In this document: positions 28,071 through 34,342 of the stretch, one piece after another
How the letters are laid out: each line of letters begins with the position of its first letter
Numbering within the stretch: the first letter of the stretch is position 1
Source: Thermoguttaceae bacterium
GTDB taxonomy: Bacteria > Planctomycetota > Planctomycetia > Pirellulales > Thermoguttaceae
Length of the DNA: 47,451 nucleotides
Assembly: GCA_049509675.1 (NCBI GenBank)
Contig: JBEKZQ010000667.1
Coordinates: forward strand, 1-47,451
Reading direction: 5' to 3'
The notes under the pieces: generated by a model
Databases searched by the model: none
What the model was told of the DNA's origin: nothing
What the model saw: the letters and a program-made list of their open reading frames with translations, nothing else
Translations under genes and position numbers: made by a program

Positions 28071-28640
28071 GTGAATTTCGTGAATTTCGTGGATCCTCCT
28101 CCGATGGCCTTCCCGATTGAAAAGGCAGCGGCGTTCATCCTCGCCTACCCGGCCGGCATGGTCGCGGTCGAATTGATCGACTGGCTGCAAAAGAATCGCG
28201 TGGCGGCCATTGCGCTGGAGAACAACCGCACGAATCGGCACATCGTGGTGGGCTACAATCTGTGTGTCCGCCGCGCGCTGGACTCAGGCTTCGAACATTT
28301 CATCTTCGCCGATAACGACATGCGGCCCTCGCTGGCCGAGGCGGCCCCGTTCCTGGCGGCGGCCGGCGACATCGTGGCCTGCAAATACCCCACGGAATGC
28401 GGCGAGGCGGCCTGGCCGGAGCCCAGCGGCTTTCACACCGGTTTATGGCGCAGCACACGGCGCGTGCTGGAGGCGATCGAGCCGCCCTGGTTCCTGCCCA
28501 GCTTTTCCGAGGACGGCTGCCGCGTGCTGACCTGCGAGTGCGCGCTGTTGCCGCTGAAGGCGCAGCGGGCCGGATTCACGGTCCGACATGCCGGCTGGGC
28601 GGGGCACACGCCGCGGCAGAGCGTGGAGCGTGGGGCGTGA
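28071..28640 (+). CDS. GT-A-like glycosyltransferase (tentative)
   Basis: DxD-type motif in HFIFADNDMRP and size consistent with a small GT-A fold. GTG start at 28071 or ATG at 28104. Confidence 0.35.
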   Translation: MNFVNFVDPPPMAFPIEKAAAFILAYPAGMVAVELIDWLQKNRVAAIALENNRTNRHIVVGYNLCVRRALDSGFEHFIFADNDMRPSLAEAAPFLAAAGDIVACKYPTECGEAAWPEPSGFHTGLWRSTRRVLEAIEPPWFLPSFSEDGCRVLTCECALLPLKAQRAGFTVRHAGWAGHTPRQSVERGA

Positions 28641-28729
28641 AGCGTGGGGCGGAAGGCGTGGGGCGTGGGGCGTGATGCGTGGGGCGGAAGGCGTGGGGCG
28701 TGGAGCGCGATCACCCCACGCCCCACGGT
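28621..28729. terminator. Very long GTGGGGC-family array with a short complementary arm, between convergent genes (possible bidirectional terminator)
   Basis: About 12 heptamer units at 28621-28707, then caccccacgccccacgg (28712-28729). The + gene ends at 28640, the - gene ends at 28730. Confidence 0.5.
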
Positions 28730-28873
28730 TCACGGTCCCCGCACGCCGCAGGCCTTCAGCAGGGCGAAAAGGAGGAACAGTCCGACGATCGCGGCGGCCT
28801 GGGCCCAGCCCCGCCAGGTCGGCCGGCCCTCCTGGTCCTCGTCGTCCGGATTGTCGGGATCCAAGAGGCCCAT
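28730..28873 (-). CDS. Small tail-anchored membrane protein (47 aa), not in the ORF track
   Basis: My translation: MGLLDPDNPDDEDQEGRPTWRGWAQAAAIVGLFLLFALLKACGVRGP; acidic N-terminus then one hydrophobic helix. Confidence 0.4.
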   Translation of the reverse strand: MGLLDPDNPDDEDQEGRPTWRGWAQAAAIVGLFLLFALLKACGVRGP

Positions 28874-28898
28874 CAGTCCAGCAGCGCCGGTTCCTCGG

Positions 28899-29098
28899 TC
28901 AGCGATTGAGGGCCATTATCAGCAAGGCCGAGATCATCCCGCCGACGATTCCCACGCAAGCCATTCCGACGCCAATCCCCAGCCCGGTGACGAAGCCCAA
29001 CCGAAAACCGCCGGACTGTGGAGCCGGCTGACGCGCGGCGTAACTGACCGTGCTTCGCGTTCGCGTTTGCGGATGATCCAAAAAGTCCAGGTCGCCCA
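28899..29098 (-). CDS. Small tail-anchored membrane protein (66 aa)
   Basis: MGDLDFLDHPQ...GFRLGFVTGLGIGVGMACVGIVGGMISALLIMALNR. ATG 3 nt after the upstream stop, preceded by GGAG. Confidence 0.45.
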
Positions 29099-29101
29099 TC
29101 G

Positions 29102-29884
29102 CTATTCTCCGCCGGCCAGCAGCCCGACGGCCCGCAGGCCCTCGTCGATCGGCCGCTCGTGGTGCGAGCGCCAAAATTCTTCCACCGCCTCGGCCAGGGC
29201 CAGTTTGGCGCCCGGGCTGGCATCTCGGATCCGCGCGGCAAGGGCCTGGGCGTCGATCGACCATTTCTCGCCCAGGCCGTCGAGCCGATCGGCGTCGGCC
29301 ACCTCCGCCCAGAGGCACTGCCAGCCGCTCTCGTCCAGGATCGTGCCGTTCAGGGCGTCGCAGATCCCGCAGGCCTCGCCGCGCGAAAGGTGGAGCGACT
29401 CAATCTCCAGTTGCCGACACAGTTGCCGCCGGCGCTCGGCCACACCCGCGCCGTAGATTGCCGCCGAGACGTCCTCGGCAAAAATCGGATCGCTCAAGAG
29501 CGCGCTCACCAGGGCCTGGTAGCGGGCCGTGATGTCGGCCGTCAGCCGCTCTTGCCGGGCCACGTAGTTTTCGCCTGGCGGGTAGCCGGCGACGTGCTCA
29601 AGCGGATCGTAGTCGCGGAGCACCCGGCCGCAGGCGGCGGCCGTGGCCGCGACCTCCGCGGCGTCGTGGCCGCACTCGCCCTGCCACGAGGTGTGATAGC
29701 CGATCCGCACCACGTATTGCCCGGCCTCGGTGCGATAGATGGCCAGTGTGTGGTAGCGATTCTGCTCGCGGCCCCCCATGTGCTGGCCGTCGACCGCGGC
29801 AATGTTTTCGCCGCGGATTCTCAGTGCCGCCTGCCCGCTGCGGGGCAGGAGGAATTCTTGGATCTCATTTTTCGGGCCTGACAT
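29102..29884 (-). CDS. Hypothetical protein (260 aa)
   Basis: Long ORF with GC-rich third positions. N-terminal half RYHTLAIYRTEAGQYVVRIGYHTSWQGECG, C-terminal half with GEACGICD. No family recognised. Confidence 0.55.
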   Translation of the reverse strand: MSGPKNEIQEFLLPRSGQAALRIRGENIAAVDGQHMGGREQNRYHTLAIYRTEAGQYVVRIGYHTSWQGECGHDAAEVAATAAACGRVLRDYDPLEHVAGYPPGENYVARQERLTADITARYQALVSALLSDPIFAEDVSAAIYGAGVAERRRQLCRQLEIESLHLSRGEACGICDALNGTILDESGWQCLWAEVADADRLDGLGEKWSIDAQALAARIRDASPGAKLALAEAVEEFWRSHHERPIDEGLRAVGLLAGGE

Positions 29885-29922
29885 TTTTAGAGCGTTTTCG
29901 GTTAGGGATTAGGGATTAGGGA

Positions 29923-30267
29923 TCAGGGATTAGGTTTGAGCCGGCGCGCGCCGATCAGGTTCAGCGCGACGGACCGGCCGTCGGGCGTATTGGCTTGATC
30001 GAGTTCCGCCAGGGCGGCGGCCATCTCGGCCACCGTCGCCGGCACCAGGATTACATGGTGGCCGGCCGCCTCCAGGTCGGCCGCCACCGCAGCGATCCGC
30101 GCGGAGTACTCTTCGCGCGGAAGATCGCCGTAGCCGCCGGCCACCCAGGCGGCGTGCTCCGCCGCCGGCACGTCCCAGAGAAATACCAGGTCGGGCCGGC
30201 CGTGTTCGGCCGCCAGGTCCCGGACCAGGCGGCCGACACGCCGGCGATAGCGTTTGTCGGCGGCCAT
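29923..30267 (-). CDS. Hypothetical protein (114 aa)
   Basis: ATG at 30267 overlaps the upstream stop (TGATG). MAADKRYRRRVGRLVRDLAAEHG... Confidence 0.5.
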   Translation of the reverse strand: MAADKRYRRRVGRLVRDLAAEHGRPDLVFLWDVPAAEHAAWVAGGYGDLPREEYSARIAAVAADLEAAGHHVILVPATVAEMAAALAELDQANTPDGRSVALNLIGARRLKPNP

Positions 30268-30596
30268 CAGTCGCGCAGACTCCTGCGGCGCGGGCGGGCC
30301 GCCGGGACGTACTCGCGCTGCACCACGGGCTGCCACCAGCCGGCCGGCACTTCAATCGGGCCGTGCTCCTCGTGGGTGATCGGGGTGGGCCGCTCGACGA
30401 ACAGCACGCGGCCGCCGCTGGCCGGCTGGTATACCCGCGCCGGCAGCACGTGGGCATGTCCGGTCCGCTCGCCCTCCACCCGCAGGCCGGCTAGCGGAGT
30501 GCCCGCCTCGTCCACGACTCGCGTTTTTTTCGCCGGCTCGGGCACGCGGACCAGCAGGACGTCGCCCTGGCGGATCTGATTGATTTTCTTCGCCAC
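30267..30596 (-). CDS. Conserved phage protein of unknown function
   Basis: Motifs QGDVLLVRV ... GERTGHAHVL ... THEEHGPIEVPAG ... QREY recall a small family I have seen in phage genomes. Function unknown. Confidence 0.55.
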   Translation of the reverse strand: MAKKINQIRQGDVLLVRVPEPAKKTRVVDEAGTPLAGLRVEGERTGHAHVLPARVYQPASGGRVLFVERPTPITHEEHGPIEVPAGWWQPVVQREYVPAARPRRRSLRD

Positions 30597-30721
30597 GATT
30601 TTTCTCCTCGTCGTCTGGCCGGCTCACCGAGCGCCGGCCCCGCTCCCTCGCGATCGATCGTCGCGGGTGTCTCCGCCGCCCCCCAAGGGGCGGCGGGTGG
30701 ACCCGAGGCGAAGCGCCGCTA

Positions 30722-31882
30722 TCACGCGGTCACGTCGGGCCGGTACTCGCGGCCCTCCAGGCCAAACGTCCAGGCCACGGCGGCCGCCACGCGGGCCGAA
30801 TCGCTCGCGAACGTGCCGTAAAATTTCGTTTCGGAATTTCCGAATTTCGGCGGCACGCGGAGGCAGTGCGCCTCGCCGCTGGTGGAGTCGCGGACGATCA
30901 GGTAGCAGCGGTAGCTGCTCCCGCCGCGGCTGCCATAGGAGCGATCGCCGGAGCCCCAGTTGCGCGAGCCGAAACTGCAAAAATCCCGCATCGTGACCAG
31001 CACGGCCCGCCAGCCGGCGCCCACCTGGACGCTGGCGACCTCGGAGCCCTCGAGCTTGTGGTGGCGCGATTTCTTGCCCTGGAAATCGTAGTGATTGTCC
31101 AGGGCGGCCAGGTCCGCGCGGCACTGCTCGCCGATCCGGCCGACCGCATTGACCAGGCAGCGGACCAGGCCGTCGCTCACCGGGCTGGTCGAGGAGCCCA
31201 GCCCGAACTCGGCCAGGCGGTGCGCGGCGACCAGTTTCCGGGTCGCGGCCGCGCCCAGCTTGCCGGCCGCGATGCGGTCGCGAAAACGCTTCGCGGCGGC
31301 TGCCGCTGCCGCGCGCCGGCGGCCGGCCAACTGGCTGGCGATCCGGCCCGGCTTGCCCCGGCGGGCACTCTCGGCGACGCCGCGGGCTGAGCGGCGGACC
31401 TGCCGCTCGCGGAGGATCGCCAGGGCCTCTATCACCACGGCCCGCGTGGCGATCGGCGACTCGATATATTTCTTCGCCTGGCCCAGGGCGGCCCACAGGT
31501 CGCGCCGGCTCGGCTCGTGGGCGAGCAGGCCGGCCACCGTGCAGCGCTCGCGGGCGGCGGCCTGCATCTCGGCCAGCCGGGCGGCGTGCTGCTGGCGCGC
31601 CAGCCGGTCCGCGAGATCCTGATTTGCCAGGCGGCCCTCGCACTCGGCCCGCCGCTCCTGAGCCAGCAGATAGTCGGCCTGCCGGGCGGCCTCCTGATCC
31701 TCCCAGGCCAGCCGCCGGGCCGCATCCCGCGCCTCGGCGGAGTCGGCGAGGCTGGCCTCCTGGCTGTCGCTTAGGCTGCCCGGCCAGGCGTGCGCCGGCT
31801 GGTGCTCGCGCGCGGCCTGGATCAGTCGCTCGATCTGGGTGGAGGTGGCAGAGTCGCCAGAGATAGCAGTAGCAGTAGTCAT
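30722..31882 (-). CDS. Hypothetical protein (386 aa): coiled-coil N-terminal half, globular C-terminal domain
   Basis: ATG at 31882 (MTTATAISGD...). C-terminus SYRCYLIVRDSTSGEAHCLRVPPKFGNSETKFYG...AWTFGL. No family recognised. Confidence 0.55.
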   Translation of the reverse strand: MTTATAISGDSATSTQIERLIQAAREHQPAHAWPGSLSDSQEASLADSAEARDAARRLAWEDQEAARQADYLLAQERRAECEGRLANQDLADRLARQQHAARLAEMQAAARERCTVAGLLAHEPSRRDLWAALGQAKKYIESPIATRAVVIEALAILRERQVRRSARGVAESARRGKPGRIASQLAGRRRAAAAAAAKRFRDRIAAGKLGAAATRKLVAAHRLAEFGLGSSTSPVSDGLVRCLVNAVGRIGEQCRADLAALDNHYDFQGKKSRHHKLEGSEVASVQVGAGWRAVLVTMRDFCSFGSRNWGSGDRSYGSRGGSSYRCYLIVRDSTSGEAHCLRVPPKFGNSETKFYGTFASDSARVAAAVAWTFGLEGREYRPDVTA

Positions 31883-31977
31883 ACATCGATCCCTTATCTG
31901 GCCTCGTGGCTGGCCCGAGGTTCGGCCCCCGCCTGGTATACGCCGGCGGGCCGCGTGTGTGTCTGGCACTGATATAT

Positions 31978-32005
31978 ATTGTATCGGCTACGCTCTTTTT
32001 GTCCA
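31978..32005 (-). promoter_or_regulatory. Candidate sigma70-type promoter for the minus-strand operon
   Basis: On the minus strand: TGGACA - 16 nt - TACAAT, in the AT-rich gap between xis and the 386-aa gene. Confidence 0.4.
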
Positions 32006-32045
32006 GCACAAAATCAAAAGTCGTAACCCTATATCTATCTAGCGG

Positions 32046-32246
32046 TTACGATTCAATCTTTTTCGGCCGGCCGCGCGGGCGGAGGGCCCGCCGCAGAATC
32101 TCGATTTCGCGGGGCGAAATCAGGTAGCGGCCGGCCACCAGCCGGCCGGCCCGGCCTGAGCGGCACTCCCGCCGCACCCAGGCCACCCCCGCGCCGATCG
32201 CGGCCGCCGCCTCCCCCACGCCCACCAGATTTTTTAGTTGATCCAT
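32046..32246 (-). CDS. xis: Excisionase-family helix-turn-helix DNA-binding protein
   Basis: LVGVGEAAAAIGAGVAWVRRECRSGR...GRYLISPREIEIL fits the excisionase/MerR-type HTH pattern. Adjacent to attP. Confidence 0.7.
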   Translation of the reverse strand: MDQLKNLVGVGEAAAAIGAGVAWVRRECRSGRAGRLVAGRYLISPREIEILRRALRPRGRPKKIES

Positions 32247-32252
32247 GCCCTA

Positions 32253-32280
32253 ATTATGGCGGGGCCGATTGTTTTGTCAA
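32253..32280 (-). promoter_or_regulatory. Candidate promoter giving a leaderless xis mRNA
   Basis: Minus strand TTGACA - 16 nt - CATAAT, with the ATG (32246) 6 nt after the -10. Confidence 0.5.
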
Positions 32281-32289
32281 GGGAAAAAA

Positions 32290-32367
32290 GGGATTAGGGA
32301 TTAGGGATTGGGGATTAGTGCCGATGCGCGGCCGCCTCTAATCCCTAATCTGCTAATCCCTAATCCC
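32290..32367. repeat. Inverted tandem-repeat hairpin, GGGATTA/TAATCCC family
   Basis: gggattagggattagggattggggattag / ctctaatccctaatctgctaatccctaatccc. Confidence 0.9.
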
Positions 32368-32491
32368 TCAACGCCGCCACCTGCGATTCTGGGGCCTCCG
32401 GCCGCCAAGGTCCAGGGATACCTATTTGCCGCTCCGCGCCCGCCAGGCGCAATCCTACGCGATCGCCGCCGTGGGGGATGGGGGATGGTGT

Positions 32492-32536
32492 GGCCTTTTA
32501 ATCCGTAGGTCTCGGGTTCGAGTCCCGACAGCCCCA
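32492..32536 (+). other. attP core: 3' part of a tRNA-Lys(UUU)-like gene (anticodon loop to discriminator)
   Basis: cttttaa (loop) tccgt aggtc tcggg ttcgagt cccga cagcccc a. The T-arm is canonical, but no matching 5' acceptor or D-arm lies upstream, so it is a fragment. Confidence 0.6.
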
Positions 32537-32602
32537 CTAACGACGGAAGGGCGGGGAAGTTTTCAGTTTTCAGTGCTCAGTTTTCAGCGCGGGGCGCCGC
32601 GC

Positions 32603-32630
32603 TTGACAGGGTTGCAAATTACGATAATAT
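32603..32630 (+). promoter_or_regulatory. Candidate promoter giving a leaderless mRNA for the XRE regulator, overlapping operator-like motif TTGCAAATTACGATAAT
   Basis: TTGACA (32603-32608) - 16 nt - TAATAT (32625-32630). ATG at 32637. Confidence 0.55.
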
Positions 32631-32636
32631 AGGAGC

Positions 32637-32900
32637 ATGGTCGCCGTGGTCACAGACAGAGACGCGATTCGGACGCTCGCGCGGAACATCCGTCGATTGA
32701 TGGAGGACCGCCGCGTTCCGCTGACCCAGCAGGCTCTCGCGAAGGCCGCTGGCATTCAGCAGTCGGCGGTTTCCCGAATTCTCAACGCCCATAACGATCC
32801 GTCAGTATGCGTAGTTCTCCGCATCGCGGATGCCCTGGGCGTGCCGATGGACATGCTCTTCCGGGAGCAGTCGGCGAGAATTTTGGAAAAGGTCTATTGA
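32637..32900 (+). CDS. XRE-family HTH transcriptional regulator (CI/Cro-like)
   Basis: LTQQALAKAAGIQQSAVSRILNAHNDPSVCVVLRIADALGVPMDMLF is a classic HTH_3 pattern. Confidence 0.8.
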   Translation: MVAVVTDRDAIRTLARNIRRLMEDRRVPLTQQALAKAAGIQQSAVSRILNAHNDPSVCVVLRIADALGVPMDMLFREQSARILEKVY

Positions 32901-32926
32901 CGACCGATTGCAAATTTAGATAATTA
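32897..32926 (+). promoter_or_regulatory. Second promoter/operator with the same motif (TTGCAAATTTAGATAAT), directed toward csrA
   Basis: TTGACG (32897-32902) - 16 nt - GATAAT (32919-32924). The 17-mer at 32908-32924 matches 32612-32628 at 15 of 17 positions. Confidence 0.45.
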
Positions 32927-33002
32927 GCCGTTATCGGGTCTGAGTGGGCCCGGTAGCGGCGTTCTTTTTGGTCGGGCGCGTGGCCCGGCCGACGCCAGAC
33001 GG

Positions 33003-33083
33003 AACAGGCGAACAAGGGAGCAGGTGAGCAGGCGACCGGAAGGTCTTTCACCTGTTCTCCTGCTCCACTTTCACCTGTTCTCT
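33003..33083. repeat. Inverted tandem-repeat hairpin, CAGGTGA family
   Basis: gaacaggcgaacaagggagcaggtgagcaggcg / tcacctgttctcctgctccactttcacctgttctc. Confidence 0.85.
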
Positions 33084-33234
33084 TGGCCGCTCGCGGCCAA
33101 GAAACGCAGCCGGCCGGCAGATTTCGATGCGGCCGCCGGCCAGGTGCGCCAAGAGAGAAGGGGCCAAGGAGGACAAGGCCACCCTCGTTGCGCGTCATAG
33201 TAAGACACGCGGGGCGGCCTGTCAAGAGGAGCAA

Positions 33235-33313
33235 GGGATTAGGGATTAGCAAATTAGGGATTGGGAGGAAGCCAGCGTCGGCACTAATCCCTAATCCCCA
33301 ATCCCTAATCCCT
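33235..33313 (+). repeat. 79-bp exact direct repeat, copy 1 (itself a GGGATTA-family hairpin)
   Basis: gggattagggattagcaaattagggattgggaggaagccagcgtcggcactaatccctaatccccaatccctaatccct, identical by my reading to 34113-34191. Confidence 0.9.
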
Positions 33314-33331
33314 CCAACCAAGGAGGAAACC

Positions 33332-33556
33332 ATGCTGGTACTCACGAGGAGACGAAACGAGGCGGTGCTGATGCGCGGGCCGCTGGGCGACCTGATCACG
33401 GTGCGCGTGCTGGACCTGGCCGACGGCCGAGTCCGGCTGGGGATCGACGCGGCCGACGACATCCAGATATGGAGGCCGGGGGCGAGGAACCAGAACAGGA
33501 GAGCAGTGGAGCAGGAGAGCAGGCGAGGGCCGGCCCTTGCCCTTGCCGAAAGCTGA
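33332..33556 (+). CDS. csrA: CsrA/RsmA-family RNA-binding regulator homologue
   Basis: MLVLTRRRNEAVLM..GDLITVRVLDLADGRVRLGIDAADDIQIWR parallels E. coli CsrA [50 protein letters not shown] lies 6 nt upstream of the ATG. Confidence 0.75.
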   Translation: MLVLTRRRNEAVLMRGPLGDLITVRVLDLADGRVRLGIDAADDIQIWRPGARNQNRRAVEQESRRGPALALAES

Positions 33557-33754
33557 AAACTGAAGACTTGCGGGGGCCACGGATGAAACACGGATCGAAC
33601 ACGGATTGACCGCCTGCGCGCGAAGACATCAGGGCAATAACGACTAACCTCTAACGGGAAAGGAGGAGCGGTCCGACGACAAGGGTGTGACCTGGTGTCT
33701 TCGTGCGCGTGCGGTTTCCCATTCGCGTGGTCCGCGGTCGAAAGGACCGATTAC

Positions 33755-34108
33755 ATGAAAGCGACCAACGAGACGGAAGTGCTCCGCGAATTCGAGCGCA
33801 AGCTGCTGCGGATCGTCGTGCTGCCGCCCGGCACTTACTCGGCCGAGTTCATCGCGGCCATCGCCGAGCGGCTGGTGGGCGCCGGCTGCGGGCTATTGCT
33901 GCGGGCCAGCCGCCACACGCGGCCGCCCCTGGACGAAGCGGACCAGCTCGGGCGCGTGGTTTTCGGCGCGGTCTGCGGCGTGCTGGGGCATTATCTCAAG
34001 GCCCATCCGGACGGCGCGCCCGAGCCGGCGGGACTGATCAGCATCAATCCATCGCCCCGCGCCCCAGGCCCCACGGATCAATGCGATCAGGGAGGGCCGG
34101 GGAAGTGA
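33755..34108 (+). CDS. Hypothetical protein (117 aa)
   Basis: ATG at 33755 (MKATNETEVLREFERKLLRIVVLPPG...). No motif recognised. Confidence 0.4.
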   Translation: MKATNETEVLREFERKLLRIVVLPPGTYSAEFIAAIAERLVGAGCGLLLRASRHTRPPLDEADQLGRVVFGAVCGVLGHYLKAHPDGAPEPAGLISINPSPRAPGPTDQCDQGGPGK

Positions 34109-34112
34109 ACAG

Positions 34113-34191
34113 GGGATTAGGGATTAGCAAATTAGGGATTGGGAGGAAGCCAGCGTCGGCACTAATCCCTAATCCCCAATCCCTAATCCCT
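34113..34191 (+). repeat. 79-bp exact direct repeat, copy 2
   Basis: Identical to 33235-33313. Together they bracket csrA and the 117-aa ORF. Confidence 0.9.
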
Positions 34192-34342
34192 AATCCCTCT
34201 TCTTTCGTAGAGCTACGGATATATAGTCCGTTGCTCTCGCGCGATTTTCCACCTTTCCAAATTCTCCAATTACACTGGAATGCCGGCCGTGGACAACTTC
34301 GCCGCGCGGCCTTTTTTCTGTCGATGCTCTACGAGGTACACC

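Noticed and set aside
24692-28138. 1148-aa ORF on the minus strand spanning the tail genes
   Set aside because: It is antisense to recognisable, translationally coupled + strand genes (tape measure, fibre). Its translation is Arg/Gly/Ala/Pro-rich and low-complexity. Long antisense ORFs are expected by chance in GC-rich DNA. The same reasoning applies to 6135-7553, 11184-12911, 17110-18642, 39040-40902 and 7593-8675 (all minus).
28621-28707. Possible CRISPR array (long regular repeat)
   Set aside because: The period is only 7 nt with no unique spacers, and no cas genes are present. It belongs to the GTGGGGC heptamer family seen throughout the genome.
32461-32536. Complete tRNA gene
   Set aside because: Only the anticodon loop through the 3' acceptor strand is tRNA-like. 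The expected 5' acceptor strand (ggggctg) and D-arm are absent. The 5' anticodon stem does not pair (gtggc versus the required acgga). It is interpreted as an att core.
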